From Thermoproteota archaeon (GTDB lineage: Archaea; Korarchaeota; Korarchaeia; Korarchaeales; Korarchaeaceae): 43,158 nt of DNA. The notes beneath the pieces are model-generated. The model worked only from the letters and a program-made list of their open reading frames with translations. It was not told the DNA's origin and made no database searches. Below are positions 9,205 through 19,576 of the stretch, piece by piece. The stretch covers positions 1 through 43,158 of the forward strand of contig JAOZFI010000054.1 of assembly GCA_027491395.1 (NCBI GenBank), written 5' to 3'. The position numbers and the translations under genes were made by a program. How positions within the stretch are numbered: position 1 is the stretch's first letter; every line of letters begins with the position of its first letter.

Positions 9205-11073
9205 GTGTTACCATTGGTCGTGAGGGAGAGCTTCCCCCTCCTCCCAAGTTGGACCCCCGTAGTCATGTATTCTATACTCGTACCATTTGCGCTGATCTTC
9301 CTGTACGGACTCTGGAGAATCTCGAGGAAATTCGAGCTAGTCAGGGCGTTGAAGGAGCTTGACCTTGGAAAGCTGAGGAGGGGTCTTATCAGGGTCTTAT
9401 CCCAGAAGAGAGTTCTGGAGAGGAATAGAGGATTTTTTCACGCGCTCCTCTTCGCAGGAACCCTCGTCCTGTTTCTAGGCACACTCACGGTGTTCCTCGA
9501 GACGGACATCCTCGAGCACCTCGGTATCAGAATACTCTTCGACGGGACCTACTCAGCCTTCGAGCTGATAATGGACAGTTTCGGCATACTCTTCCTAATT
9601 GGAGCTCTTTCATTCTTTCCCACTAGGGATAGAGAGGGGAAGGTCCTCCTGCTGGGGCTCCTCTATATAGGGTTGACGGGTTTCCTTCTAGAATCAACTA
9701 GGATCTATGTCCAACCTAACGCCGCCAGTCACTACTCGCTCGTGGGCTACCTGCTCTCTGGAACTGTCGGTCCCCTCATTCTCCCCTTCTACACGGTCCT
9801 GTGGTGGAGCCACGCTCTTCTAGCTTTCTCGATGGTGGCCTACCTGCCCTACAGTAACCTGCTCCACTCCCTCACCGCCCTCCTCACCTCTTCCTTGGAG
9901 GAGGAGATCGTCATATTTCCGAAGGAACCGTTCAAGCTGCAGGAGTTGGAGGATGTCGAGGAGATCAAGCTGGGTTTCAAGGAAGCCTCTGAACTTCCAT
10001 GGTATGAGAAGTACATGCTCGCCGCCTGCGTGAAGTGCGGGAGGTGCACCGACTCTTGTCCCGCCAACATGACGGGCAGGCCCCTCTCACCAAAGGATGT
10101 GGTTCAGGGATTGAAGGTCTCACTACTGGGAGGCACTTATGAGCTGGCTGAGGATGCTGTCTGGTCATGTGTCTCCTGCGGAGCTTGCTCGACGGCCTGC
10201 CCGAATTATATAAGCCCGTTCACCTTCCTCATGGAGAGGAGGCGCTCCCTCGTGGCGGAGGGCAGGGTAGACAAGAAGATGGGTGAGCTGCTGAACGGGC
10301 TGAGGAGGTACCACAACTCCCTCTCCGTCCCGCAGAGGGGGAGGCTGAGCTGGATCGAGAGCGACGACGATCCCGACTATTACCTGTGGGTGGGCTGCCA
10401 GTACTCCTTCGATCCCGTGGGTAAGAGGGTAGTCTCCAAGCTAGTGGATCTACTGAGAAAGGTAGGCATCAAGGTCGCCGTCTTCGGAGATATGGAGACC
10501 TGTTGTGGCGAGCCAGCTAGAAGGCTCGGAGAGGAGGGCATGTTCCAAGAGTTCGCTCTCACTAATGCCGAACTCTTCAAGGAGCTTGGGGTGAAGAGGC
10601 TTCTGGTGATCTGCCCGCACGGCCTCACCGTGTTCAGGCATGAGTATCCCAGAGTCATTGAAGATTGGAACATAGAGGTGGTTTCACATGTGGAGCTACT
10701 GGCGAAACTGGTTAGGGAGGGGCGGTTGAAAGTGAATTACGGTGGCGATCTGACGTTCCACGATCCGTGTAACCTCTCCAGATTTAACGGATTAATAGAG
10801 GAGCCTAGAGAGATACTGGAGAGGGTAGATGGATTCAGAGAGATGCCTAGGCACGGAGTAAACACCTTCTGCTGCGGTGCGGGAGGCGCCAACTACTGGT
10901 ACCAGACCGGAGAGGGGACCATGGCCAAGGAGAGGGTAAAGGAAGCGTTGGGGGCGGGAGCTAGGGGAGTTGTTGTGGCCTGTCCATTCTGCTACGCCAT
11001 GTTGAACGATGCATCCAAGGGGATGAACTTGGAGGACTTCAAGGTTCTGGAGATAAGCGAACTCCTCGACTAA
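9205..11073 (+). CDS. Membrane-bound Fe-S oxidoreductase (NarI-like membrane domain, 2x[4Fe-4S], two CCG domains; HdrD/GlpC/FadF-like)
   Basis: About 6 hydrophobic segments with His residues; CVKCGRCTDSCP and CVSCGACSTACP; CCGEP, HDPC, CCGAGG, ACPFC. Confidence 0.9.
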   Translation: MLPLVVRESFPLLPSWTPVVMYSILVPFALIFLYGLWRISRKFELVRALKELDLGKLRRGLIRVLSQKRVLERNRGFFHALLFAGTLVLFLGTLTVFLETDILEHLGIRILFDGTYSAFELIMDSFGILFLIGALSFFPTRDREGKVLLLGLLYIGLTGFLLESTRIYVQPNAASHYSLVGYLLSGTVGPLILPFYTVLWWSHALLAFSMVAYLPYSNLLHSLTALLTSSLEEEIVIFPKEPFKLQELEDVEEIKLGFKEASELPWYEKYMLAACVKCGRCTDSCPANMTGRPLSPKDVVQGLKVSLLGGTYELAEDAVWSCVSCGACSTACPNYISPFTFLMERRRSLVAEGRVDKKMGELLNGLRRYHNSLSVPQRGRLSWIESDDDPDYYLWVGCQYSFDPVGKRVVSKLVDLLRKVGIKVAVFGDMETCCGEPARRLGEEGMFQEFALTNAELFKELGVKRLLVICPHGLTVFRHEYPRVIEDWNIEVVSHVELLAKLVREGRLKVNYGGDLTFHDPCNLSRFNGLIEEPREILERVDGFREMPRHGVNTFCCGAGGANYWYQTGEGTMAKERVKEALGAGARGVVVACPFCYAMLNDASKGMNLEDFKVLEISELLD

Positions 11074-11170
11074 GCCCCCACTCCCTATTTTCCCTCCGCC
11101 GAGAGAGGCCGGCGCGGCTTAGCGTGTCACAGTTATATCTAATCCCGGTCACGCGGGTAGGTAATGAAGG

Positions 11171-12469
11171 ATGCCTGCAGTGGTCGTCGTGGGCATGCAG
11201 TTCGGTGATGAGAGTAAGGGGGCAGTGGTGGACTATTTAGCCGAATGGGCGGATCTCGTTGTCAGATATAACGGGGGAAGCAACGCTGGGCACACGGTGG
11301 TGGCTGAGGGTCAGAAGTACAAGCTCCACCTGATGCCCTCCAGCGTGGTTCGCGGGAAGAGGGGGATTCTCGGCGCGGGCGTGGCGTTCGATCCCGAGGT
11401 GTTCCTACAAGAACTAGAGGACTTGAGATCTAGAGGGAAGGGTGTAGATGTGCTCATATCCCTCAAGGCAACACTCCTTCTTCCATACCACAAGGAGCTA
11501 GACGCTGCTCTGACTGGTGGGAGGCTAGGAACTACGAAGAGGGGAATAGGCCCCGCTTACCAAGACAAAATGGCTAGGATCTCGGGCCTCAAGGTCAGCG
11601 ATCTCTTCAGCTCTAACTTCCCCAAGAGGCTCAGGGACGTTCTGGAGGTCAAGGAGGATGAACTGAGGAGGGCCGGCGTCCTGACTGGCGATTTAGAGGA
11701 GTATTATAGACAACTGCTCGAGAGGGCCGATAGCTGGAGGGAGGCGCTGGAGCCCTTCGTGGGCGACGATCACCTAGAGGTCAATGCAGCTATAACTGAG
11801 AGGAAGTTCGTCCTCTTCGAGGGAGCCCAAGGGACGATGCTCGATGTCGATCACGGCACCTACCCGTTCGTGACATCGTCCAATGCCATAGCCGGAGGGG
11901 CGTGCACTGGAGTCGGGGTGAGCCCCCTTGCCATCGATGCCGTCGTAGGGGTCAGCAAGGCCTACACCACTAGGGTGGGCAAAGGCCCCTTTCCCACCGA
12001 GCTCACGGGGGACCTGGCCAGATATATTAGGGATAGGGGAGGAGAATATGGTACCACCACGGGAAGGCCGCGCAGAGTCGGCTGGCTCGATCTCCCGATG
12101 CTGAGGTACTCTGTCCTGATCAACGGTATCGGCTACCTAGCGATTAGGAAGGTGGACGTGCTTTCGGGCCTCGACAAGGTGAAAGTTGCTGTGGCTTACG
12201 AGATAGAGGGAGAGGAGTACAGGCTAGCCCCTCCCTACGTGGATACTCTCGAAAGGGTAAAGCCTGTGTACGAGGAGCTCGACGGCTGGAGCGTGGAGGA
12301 TTGGAGTGAGCTCATCAGGGAGGGCTGGGACTCATTCCCCGAGGAGGTGAAGGCCTATGTGGAATTTGTGGAGAGAGAAGTCAACGCAAAGACCATCATG
12401 GTCGGGGTAGGACCTGAGAGGGAGATGACCGCCCCCACGCCAGCGTTGGGGGACCTGCTCTCCCTGTGA
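11171..12469 (+). CDS. purA: Adenylosuccinate synthetase
   Basis: Motifs QFGDESKG, GGSNAGHT, GTTKRGIGPAY, EGAQG, GTYPFVTSS, GTTTGRPRRVGWLD. Confidence 0.96.
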   Translation: MPAVVVVGMQFGDESKGAVVDYLAEWADLVVRYNGGSNAGHTVVAEGQKYKLHLMPSSVVRGKRGILGAGVAFDPEVFLQELEDLRSRGKGVDVLISLKATLLLPYHKELDAALTGGRLGTTKRGIGPAYQDKMARISGLKVSDLFSSNFPKRLRDVLEVKEDELRRAGVLTGDLEEYYRQLLERADSWREALEPFVGDDHLEVNAAITERKFVLFEGAQGTMLDVDHGTYPFVTSSNAIAGGACTGVGVSPLAIDAVVGVSKAYTTRVGKGPFPTELTGDLARYIRDRGGEYGTTTGRPRRVGWLDLPMLRYSVLINGIGYLAIRKVDVLSGLDKVKVAVAYEIEGEEYRLAPPYVDTLERVKPVYEELDGWSVEDWSELIREGWDSFPEEVKAYVEFVEREVNAKTIMVGVGPEREMTAPTPALGDLLSL

Positions 12470-12493
12470 CGGAGATGGCACTAACCCCCTCAA

Positions 12494-12501
12494 TTTATAT
12501 A
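12494..12501 (+). promoter_or_regulatory. TATA box of the pyr operon
   Basis: TTTATATA in the purA-pyrF gap. Confidence 0.6.
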
Positions 12502-12576
12502 ATTAGGAGGTGGACCTAAGGAAGGGTTCCAATAGGGAACAAGCTCATTGAGAGGTCTTCTTCTCTAGACTCCCGA

Positions 12577-13200
12577 TTGATTCTCGCGCTCGATTTCCCA
12601 TCCGGAGATTTGGATGAGCTCCTTAATGGTTTGAAGGATTACGTGGTGGGCGTGAAAGTAGGCTTCCCCCTATCGCTGGCCATCGGATGGGACGGAATAG
12701 AAAAGCTAGCAAATAGGCACGAACACTACTACTGGATCGCGGATTTCAAGCTAGCAGATATACCTGACGTGGTCGAGCACATCCTAGGCAGGTTCAAGGA
12801 GATGAGTATGGATGCCGCCATAATGCACCTGTTCACTGGGCACAGGAGGTACGAAACCGGACTAGAACTGATTGGGGTTGCGGGCATGAGTCATCCCCAA
12901 GCTAAACTCATCAGGGAGAATTTCGTCAAGCTGCTGGAGGAAGCGGAGCTGCTCAATGTCATGGGAATCGTTGTTGGAGCCACCAGACCGGAGATGATCA
13001 GGGAAGCGAGGAGAAGGCTACCCGATGTTCTGATCTTCTCCCCAGGCGTGGGATTCCAAGGTGCCAAGCCGGGATCTAGCTTGGAGGCCGGTGCGAACTT
13101 CGAGATAGTAGGTAGATCCATTCTGAAGAGCGAGGATCCCGTTAAAGCCGCGAGGAGCATGGTGGAAGCTCAGAGGGTGATCCTTCATGGAGAGCGCTGA
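12577..13200 (+). CDS. pyrF: Orotidine 5'-phosphate decarboxylase
   Basis: Motifs ILALD, GVKVG, ADFKLADIP, SPGVGFQG, IVGRSI. True start may lie slightly upstream. Confidence 0.95.
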   Translation: MILALDFPSGDLDELLNGLKDYVVGVKVGFPLSLAIGWDGIEKLANRHEHYYWIADFKLADIPDVVEHILGRFKEMSMDAAIMHLFTGHRRYETGLELIGVAGMSHPQAKLIRENFVKLLEEAELLNVMGIVVGATRPEMIREARRRLPDVLIFSPGVGFQGAKPGSSLEAGANFEIVGRSILKSEDPVKAARSMVEAQRVILHGER

Positions 13201-13768
13201 GTTGGGGCTAATCCTCGTGAGGAGGGGCATGCTCAAGTTCGGGGATTTCCTGCTCACCTCCGGTCGGAGGAGCACTATCTACGTGGATCTCAGGCCCCTC
13301 CCTTCATTCCCGGAGGAGTTCAGAGCTATCTCAGAGGATCTGGCTGGGAGGATGGGGAAAGGGGGGATATGTGGGGTTGCGGTCGGAGGCCTACCCCTAG
13401 CCACGGCGGTGGCCCTGCTAACCTCCAAACCCCTGATCTACATTAGGAAGGAAAGGAAAGAACATGGAACGATGAGTAAGATGGAAGGGGTGGTGAGCGA
13501 GCGGGAGTACGTGGTGATAGACGATGTGGCCACCACCGGAGGATCACTGAGAAGGGCCGTTGAGGCGGTCAGGGAGGCGGGAGCCGAGGTCAGCGAGGCC
13601 TGGGTCGTGGTGGACAGGCTTCAGGGTGCGAGGGAGTCCTTGAAAGAGTTGGGTGTGGGGTTGAGGAGCATTGCGACCCTCCCCGACATAGTCAGGTCCG
13701 TCCTTCCCATTCTCTCCCCTGAGGAGAGGAAATATGCGGAGACCTACCTTGAGGAGGTGGGATATTGA
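13187..13768 (+). CDS. pyrE: Orotate phosphoribosyltransferase
   Basis: [32 protein letters not shown] motif [12 protein letters not shown]. Confidence 0.95.
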   Translation: MESAELGLILVRRGMLKFGDFLLTSGRRSTIYVDLRPLPSFPEEFRAISEDLAGRMGKGGICGVAVGGLPLATAVALLTSKPLIYIRKERKEHGTMSKMEGVVSEREYVVIDDVATTGGSLRRAVEAVREAGAEVSEAWVVVDRLQGARESLKELGVGLRSIATLPDIVRSVLPILSPEERKYAETYLEEVGY

Positions 13769-14658
13769 GTTTTAGAGGGAAGGATGTTCTTTCCATACTG
13801 GATTTCACCCGTAATGACCTGGAGAGGCTGTTCAGAATAGCCTCCTCTAAGTTCGAGGGGGACGAGCTGAAGGGGAAGGTGGTGGCCCTGGCCTTCTTCG
13901 AACCCAGCACGAGGACGAGGCTCAGCTTCGAGACCGCTACCCTCAGACTGGGAGGTGGATATATAGGGTTCGATGCCGTTCAGGGTACCTCGATAGCTAA
14001 AGGGGAGACTTTTTCCGACACCGTAAGGATGCTCGACGCCTACGCTGATGCGATAATCGTGAGACATAGCTTGGAGGGAGCTGCCAAGCTTGCTGCAGAG
14101 CTGGCTGAGGCTCCGGTGATAAACGCCGGGGACGGGTCGAAGAGGCATCCAACACAGGCCATGATAGATCTTTACACGGTCTGGAGGGAGAAAAAAGGAA
14201 TAGATAATCTGGTGTACGGGGTTTTGGGTGATCTCAGATACGGGAGGGCCTCGGGAAGCTTCCTCAGGGCGCTGAACCTCTACTCACCTAAGAAAGTGTA
14301 CCTGATAGCTCCCGAGAGCTTGCGCCCGAAGGAGGAGCTCCTAGACACGTTGAAGATGCCTTGGGAGTTCTCAAACTTGGAGGAGGTGCTACCGGAACTG
14401 GATGTCCTATATGTGACTAGGATACAGAAGGAGAGGTTCCCTGACCCGGCCGAGTACGAGAGGGTCAGGGGGAGCTACAGAATCGATGCTGCTCTGCTGC
14501 TCAAGAATGCTAAAGAGGACATGATAATCCTACATCCCCTCCCGAGAGTAGATGAGATTGCCTTGGATGTGGACTCCACGCCTCACGCTCTCTACTTCAA
14601 GCAGGCCGCTTATGGGGTCCCCATCAGGATGGCCCTGCTGAGGGAGGTGGTACCATGA
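13765..14658 (+). CDS. pyrB: Aspartate carbamoyltransferase catalytic subunit
   Basis: [34 protein letters not shown]. Confidence 0.97.
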   Translation: MSFRGKDVLSILDFTRNDLERLFRIASSKFEGDELKGKVVALAFFEPSTRTRLSFETATLRLGGGYIGFDAVQGTSIAKGETFSDTVRMLDAYADAIIVRHSLEGAAKLAAELAEAPVINAGDGSKRHPTQAMIDLYTVWREKKGIDNLVYGVLGDLRYGRASGSFLRALNLYSPKKVYLIAPESLRPKEELLDTLKMPWEFSNLEEVLPELDVLYVTRIQKERFPDPAEYERVRGSYRIDAALLLKNAKEDMIILHPLPRVDEIALDVDSTPHALYFKQAAYGVPIRMALLREVVP

Positions 14659-15128
14659 GTGAGGAATTGGTGGTCAGGAGGATAAGTAACGGTACCGTAA
14701 TAGACCACATCCCCTCCGGAAGGGCTCTCAAGGTCCTCCGCATCTTGGGGATCACGGGGGAGGAGGGCTACATGGTATCCATGGTGATGAACGTCTACAG
14801 CAAGAAGCTGGGGAAGAAGGACATCGTGAAGGTAGAGGGGAGGGAACTCAGCAGTGAGGAGGTGAACAAGATAGCACTGGTTGCACCTACTGCCACGATC
14901 AACATAGTGAGGGATTACGAAGTTGTAGAGAAGAGGAAGGTAGAGCTCCCTGACAAGATAGAGGGAATATTGAGGTGCGTAAACCCCAAATGCGTAACAA
15001 ATGCTCCTAGGGAAGCGGTCCATCCATCGTTCAGGGTGATATCTAGGAAGCCCCTTAAGCTGGTCTGCGAGTATTGCGGCGAGTACCTGACGGAGGAAGA
15101 GGTCATTGCGCAGCTTGCGGGGACATAG
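14655..15128 (+). CDS. pyrI: Aspartate carbamoyltransferase regulatory subunit
   Basis: [16 protein letters not shown], Zn ligands CVNPKC and CEYC. Confidence 0.97.
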   Translation: MSEELVVRRISNGTVIDHIPSGRALKVLRILGITGEEGYMVSMVMNVYSKKLGKKDIVKVEGRELSSEEVNKIALVAPTATINIVRDYEVVEKRKVELPDKIEGILRCVNPKCVTNAPREAVHPSFRVISRKPLKLVCEYCGEYLTEEEVIAQLAGT

Positions 15129-15912
15129 ACCCCACACAATAGCTGAAAGCGAGCCCCTCACCCCGAGAGTGAGGAGGATTGTGCTGAAAGGCGAGATCGG
15201 AGCGCTGCCCGGTCAGTATGTGATGGTCTGGATCCCCAAGGTGGGGGAAATACCGGTCAGCGTGGCTAGGGAGGGGAACGGGGAGACCTGGCTACTGGTG
15301 GCTAGGGTAGGGAAGGTGAGCTCGGCCATCCACTCCCTTAAAGCTGGAGATAGGCTCTGGATAAGGGGACCCTACGGCAGGGGCTACACCACCGAGGTTG
15401 AGGGGAAGGTCGCTCTCGTGGGAGGGGGCTACGGCATAGCTCCCCTCATACATCTAGCTGACGCACTCACGAGCAGAGGGGGGGTAAGGATCGAGTTCTA
15501 CGCGGGGTTCAGGAGCGCGGAGGAAGTGATGCTCGAAGATCTCATGAAGGATCTCTCGGACAGGCTTGTGGTGAGCACGGATGACGGGTCATACGGGCTC
15601 AGCGGATTAATCACGGAACACATAGACTATGAGGGGTTGAATTTCGTTTACACTGCTGGGCCGGAGGCGATGATGGTGAAGGTGGTATCCGAGGCGGTCA
15701 GGAGAGGAATTGGGGTGGAGGCTTCTCTGGAGAGGTTGATCAGGTGTGCCGTTGGACTATGCGGGGCGTGCGTCCTCGAGCCACAGGGCCTCCTAGTGTG
15801 TAGAGACGGTCCTGTCTTCGATGGTGCCGTATTGATGGCCTCCGAGGACTTCGGGAAGTACTGGAGGGATTTCGATGGGAGGAGGATCCCTCTGGGAGCC
15901 CTCTCTAGATGA
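15106..15912 (+). CDS. pyrK: Dihydroorotate dehydrogenase electron transfer subunit
   Basis: [23 protein letters not shown] and [2Fe-2S] motif CAVGLCGAC...VCRDGPVF. Lies within the pyr operon. Confidence 0.9.
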   Translation: MRSLRGHRPHTIAESEPLTPRVRRIVLKGEIGALPGQYVMVWIPKVGEIPVSVAREGNGETWLLVARVGKVSSAIHSLKAGDRLWIRGPYGRGYTTEVEGKVALVGGGYGIAPLIHLADALTSRGGVRIEFYAGFRSAEEVMLEDLMKDLSDRLVVSTDDGSYGLSGLITEHIDYEGLNFVYTAGPEAMMVKVVSEAVRRGIGVEASLERLIRCAVGLCGACVLEPQGLLVCRDGPVFDGAVLMASEDFGKYWRDFDGRRIPLGALSR

Positions 15913-15940
15913 ACTGCTCGGATGAGAGGGTGTAATAGAA

Positions 15941-17161
15941 ATGACATGCCTATGTGGTCTCGCGTATCTGCCCTCCTTGGGATTTGAGAGGATCTGTGTC
16001 GAGTTCGGGTCCACCATTCTCAAGGTCTCCAAAGCATCTGATGGCCCCTGCACTGAGGTTGATGTCGTACTCCCCGGTTTCGTAGACCTCCATGTCCACA
16101 TGAGGGGCCTAGGGCAGAGGCACAAGGGAGAGTGGAGGACCGAGTCCCTCGCAGCGTTGCACGGAGGTGTAACCGTCGTGGTAGATATGCCGAACAACGT
16201 TCCGAGGGTGGACAACCTAGAAATCCTCAGGAGGAAGCTTGAGGAGGCTGATAGGGAGAGCTACGTGGACTTCATGCTCTACACCGCTTATCCCTTCCTT
16301 CCAGATGAGAGCTACGTGGCCGGGGTGAAGCTCTTCCCCTCTGACCTGATGAACGACCTCGATGAGGTGTTTTCAAGGGCTTCGAAGCTGGGAAAGGTAG
16401 TGGTGGTCCACGCGGAGGATCCTCTAATCCTTCAGGAGGCGGAAAAGCCGACTAGGGTGGAGGACCACTGGAGGGCCCATCCGGAGCTTGCGGAGGATGC
16501 GGCGGTGAGGAGAGCCCTCTGGCTGGCTGAAAGGCACAGCACCAAGGTTAGGATAGCCCACTCCACCCTCCCTATAACCCTGAGACTAGTGCAGGGGGCC
16601 AAGGTTAGGGGTGTGGACGCGAGCGCTGAGGTAACGCCGCACCACATCCTGTACAACATCGAGGACTCACCCACTTTAGGCCCCCTGGCCAAGGTCAATC
16701 CCCCGCTCAGATCTAAGCCTGTTGTTGAGGAGTTCAGGCGCATGGTCCACGCCGGGATGGCGGACTTCCTAGCCACGGATCACGCACCTCACAGCCCAGA
16801 GGAGAAGTCCAGACCCTATGAGGAGATGCCTCCTGGGATCCCTTGGCTCGACCTGATGGCCCCCTTGCTCATGACGATGATAGGAGAGGGAATTTTCCCG
16901 GCTGGGGTGATCGACATGTACAGTTCTAGGCCAGCGGCCCACCTAGGGCTGAAGAGAGGGAAGATATCACCGGGCAGCGCTGCTGACCTAGTCGTCCTGA
17001 GGAAGGAATCGTGGACGATAAGGGAGGATGACATGTACACTAAGGCGAGGTCCGCTCCCGTAAGGGAGGTGGGGTGGGTCGTGAAGAAGGTTTACCTGAA
17101 GGGGAAGCTGGCCTACGATAGTGGGCCAGTGGTGGAGGAAGGATTCGGTTCCCCCGCTTGA
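15941..17161 (+). CDS. pyrC: Dihydroorotase
   Basis: PGFVDLHVHMR, DMPN, VHAED, EVTPHH, KVNPPLR, ATDHAPH. Confidence 0.95.
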   Translation: MTCLCGLAYLPSLGFERICVEFGSTILKVSKASDGPCTEVDVVLPGFVDLHVHMRGLGQRHKGEWRTESLAALHGGVTVVVDMPNNVPRVDNLEILRRKLEEADRESYVDFMLYTAYPFLPDESYVAGVKLFPSDLMNDLDEVFSRASKLGKVVVVHAEDPLILQEAEKPTRVEDHWRAHPELAEDAAVRRALWLAERHSTKVRIAHSTLPITLRLVQGAKVRGVDASAEVTPHHILYNIEDSPTLGPLAKVNPPLRSKPVVEEFRRMVHAGMADFLATDHAPHSPEEKSRPYEEMPPGIPWLDLMAPLLMTMIGEGIFPAGVIDMYSSRPAAHLGLKRGKISPGSAADLVVLRKESWTIREDDMYTKARSAPVREVGWVVKKVYLKGKLAYDSGPVVEEGFGSPA

Positions 17162-18543
17162 AGCACCTCCTCGACGCTGAGTATCCTGAGCGAGTTCGTC
17201 TTGGCCCTCCCGTGGGGATGTCCGAACGTCACAACTACGGTATCTTCAATGTCCAACGCCCCTCTCTCCAAGCAGTGGTTAACCGCTTGCCTCACGGCCT
17301 CGTCCAAGTCTTGGGAGACGAGGAGGCTCTCGACTCCCCAGCTCAAGGTCAGTAAACCTCTTGTCTTTTCCCTGCTCAGGAGAGCTAGTATTTTGGCCTT
17401 GGGCCTGTGCCTCACTACATGCCTAGCGGTGAATCCTGTGTAGGTGAAGCACAGTATGACGGGGCTCTTCAACATCTCGGACGCCTCCACGGCCGCCTTA
17501 CCTATGAAAGCAGCCTTCGAAGTGAGGGGAAAGTCCATCCTCGGGGTTAGGGAACGCTCAGCGCTCTCTGCTATGACCCTCATCCACCTGACGCTCAACA
17601 CAGGGTACTTACCCACAGCCGTCTCCGCTGATAGCATGACAGCGTCACTCCCGTCCATTATGGCGTTGTAAACATCGGTTACCTCTGCCCTCGTCGGGAC
17701 GGGGCTCGAGGTCATGGATTCCAGCATCTCGGTGGCGGTTATCACGGGCTTGGCAGCCTCGTTAGCCAGTCTTATCAGCCTCTTCTGGATCTGGGGTACC
17801 TCCTCCAGTGGAAGCTCAACGCCTAGATCCCCTCTGGCCACCATTATGCCATAGGACTCCTCCAGAATTTCCTTTGCGTTCTCAACTGCCTCTCTTGTCT
17901 CTATCTTCGCTATTAGAGAAGGAGGATCGTCAGTCAGCGATTTCAAGAACTCCCTAGCTTCTATAACGTCCTCCACCGCCTTAACGAATGAGAGGGCTAT
18001 GAAGTCTACTCTCTTCTCCACAGAGAGCTTCATGGCTAGCCTGTCCTCCTCAGTAAGCCCCTTGAGGTCGAAGGGCTTAGAGGCATGTACCGACCTCTTG
18101 TCCCTTATCACTCCTCCATGGACCACCCGGCACTTCAGGAGGCCCTCCCTGACTTCCTCCACCACCAGCCGGATCCTGCCTTCGTCAATGTACAGCTCAT
18201 CTCCCTTCGCTAGGTTCTTGAGGACGCTGGACGGTTTAATCTTGATCTCTCCCAAGCCCTCCTTCCCACTGACCGTAACCACGTCCCTCTCCTCTACCTT
18301 CAGCTCCTTTCTCCCCATATGGGTTCTAACCTCTGGCCCCTGAAGGTCGGACATTACCCCAACCCTCAACCCCAGTTCCTGAGCTGCTCTACGAACCAAG
18401 TCTATGTGGTTGGCCTTCTCAGTTAGGGTGCCATGGGAGAAGTTCATTCTAGCAACGGACATGCCCTCCGCTACCATCCCCTTCACCACCTGTATGGTGG
18501 AGGAAGCCGGGCCTATTGTCGCTACTATCTTGGTGCGGGCCAT
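17113..18543 (-). CDS. pyk: Pyruvate kinase
   Basis: RTKIVATIGPAS, ARMNFSHG, IAKIE, MVARGDLGVE, ATEMLESM, PTRAE. 49-bp convergent overlap with pyrC. Confidence 0.97.
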   Translation of the reverse strand: MARTKIVATIGPASSTIQVVKGMVAEGMSVARMNFSHGTLTEKANHIDLVRRAAQELGLRVGVMSDLQGPEVRTHMGRKELKVEERDVVTVSGKEGLGEIKIKPSSVLKNLAKGDELYIDEGRIRLVVEEVREGLLKCRVVHGGVIRDKRSVHASKPFDLKGLTEEDRLAMKLSVEKRVDFIALSFVKAVEDVIEAREFLKSLTDDPPSLIAKIETREAVENAKEILEESYGIMVARGDLGVELPLEEVPQIQKRLIRLANEAAKPVITATEMLESMTSSPVPTRAEVTDVYNAIMDGSDAVMLSAETAVGKYPVLSVRWMRVIAESAERSLTPRMDFPLTSKAAFIGKAAVEASEMLKSPVILCFTYTGFTARHVVRHRPKAKILALLSREKTRGLLTLSWGVESLLVSQDLDEAVRQAVNHCLERGALDIEDTVVVTFGHPHGRAKTNSLRILSVEEVLQAGEPNPSSTTGPLS

Positions 18544-18629
18544 CCTGACCTAGTACAGTGATCCATTAAAAGCGGGCAGCAGAAGCCCCGAGAATCCAAT
18601 AGTATCTCCGGTCTTATCGCCTGAATAGT

Positions 18630-18657
18630 TTCTTAGAAAAATTAAAATTTCCTAGAA
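18630..18657 (+). promoter_or_regulatory. AT-rich promoter/operator of TA module 1 (imperfect inverted repeat)
   Basis: TTCTTAGAAAAATT..AATTTCCTAGAA immediately upstream of the antitoxin. Confidence 0.4.
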
Positions 18658-18662
18658 CGAAG

Positions 18663-18920
18663 GTGGGCTTGATGGGGGTAAGCAAGGTCAGCAGAAAGGG
18701 GCTCACCAACATACCCTCGAAGGTGAGGAGGGAAGCTGGAATAGAGGAGGGAGATCTCATGGTATGGGAGGTGGAGGGTAGAGAGGTCATAAGAGTGCGA
18801 ATCGTGAAGGACCCGCTGAAGCACCTGAAGGGGAAGTACGATGATCCAGATCTAACCTACGACAGAGTCGAGGAGACTACTGATAGGCTCATTGAGAGGG
18901 AGATGGATGCCGGTAATTGA
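18663..18920 (+). CDS. AbrB/MazE-family antitoxin (VapB-type)
   Basis: SKVSRKGLTNIPSKVRREAGIEEGDLMVW matches the AbrB pattern. Overlaps a PIN gene. ATG 18672 is an alternative start. Confidence 0.9.
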   Translation: MGLMGVSKVSRKGLTNIPSKVRREAGIEEGDLMVWEVEGREVIRVRIVKDPLKHLKGKYDDPDLTYDRVEETTDRLIEREMDAGN

Positions 18921-19320
18921 GCTGGATATGCTGATCGCCTTGGTCAACAAATCGGACAAGCTGCACAAGGTGGCAAGCGGGCTGTTTCAGGCTATCACCT
19001 CGGGGAGGTTGAAGGAAATGAAGTTAGCTTCTTCTGCCCTTCTGGAGTACGAGCTGGTGCTGAGGTCCCGTGGATACAGTGAGAAAGACATTAGGGGAGA
19101 TATAGAAGCCTTCAAACTGATCCCTAACTTAAAGGAGGCCTTCCTAACATCCGAGGTGATCGTGAAGGCCTCCTCACTCAGAGAGAAGTATTCCCTCACC
19201 TACTTCGATTCCCTGCACTGTGCCACAGCCATGCTGTATGATGGTAAAATAGTGGCCTCTGATAACGCTTACGATAATGTTCCCGAAGTGAGAAGGTTGG
19301 ATCCTTCCTACCTAATCTGA
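18907..19320 (+). CDS. vapC: PIN-domain toxin (VapC)
   Basis: MPVIELDMLIA, LLEYE, LTYFDSLHCATA, IVASD. Start at ATG 18907. Confidence 0.9.
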   Translation: MPVIELDMLIALVNKSDKLHKVASGLFQAITSGRLKEMKLASSALLEYELVLRSRGYSEKDIRGDIEAFKLIPNLKEAFLTSEVIVKASSLREKYSLTYFDSLHCATAMLYDGKIVASDNAYDNVPEVRRLDPSYLI

Positions 19321-19576
19321 TCTGGTAATTAAGAGCACTTGGTCGGAGAGAATAGGTGTTCTTACACGCAGTATCGGCATTGGGTTTTTCCAGGAGTTTA
19401 AACTTGGTTGGCGTGAGAGGGGGCCACAACTTACCTGCTCGTGCTCCTTTTTCAGGAATTCCTTCAGGCAGACTCTAGGTTTTCTTTTAGTGATGTATTG
19501 AACTCATGGGATCAGCAAATGGTTTGTCTGCGTGGTTAATGGCTGATACGGTGTATTAGGATGATGCCAGTCATGT

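Noticed and set aside
11171-12469. PurZ (Z-base synthesis) instead of PurA
   Set aside because: The catalytic Asp of GDE is retained (PurZ has Ser there) and there is no phage context.
19321-19576. Gene remnant in the gap after the first vapC
   Set aside because: The frames I translated gave no recognisable motif, so it cannot be supported without a search.
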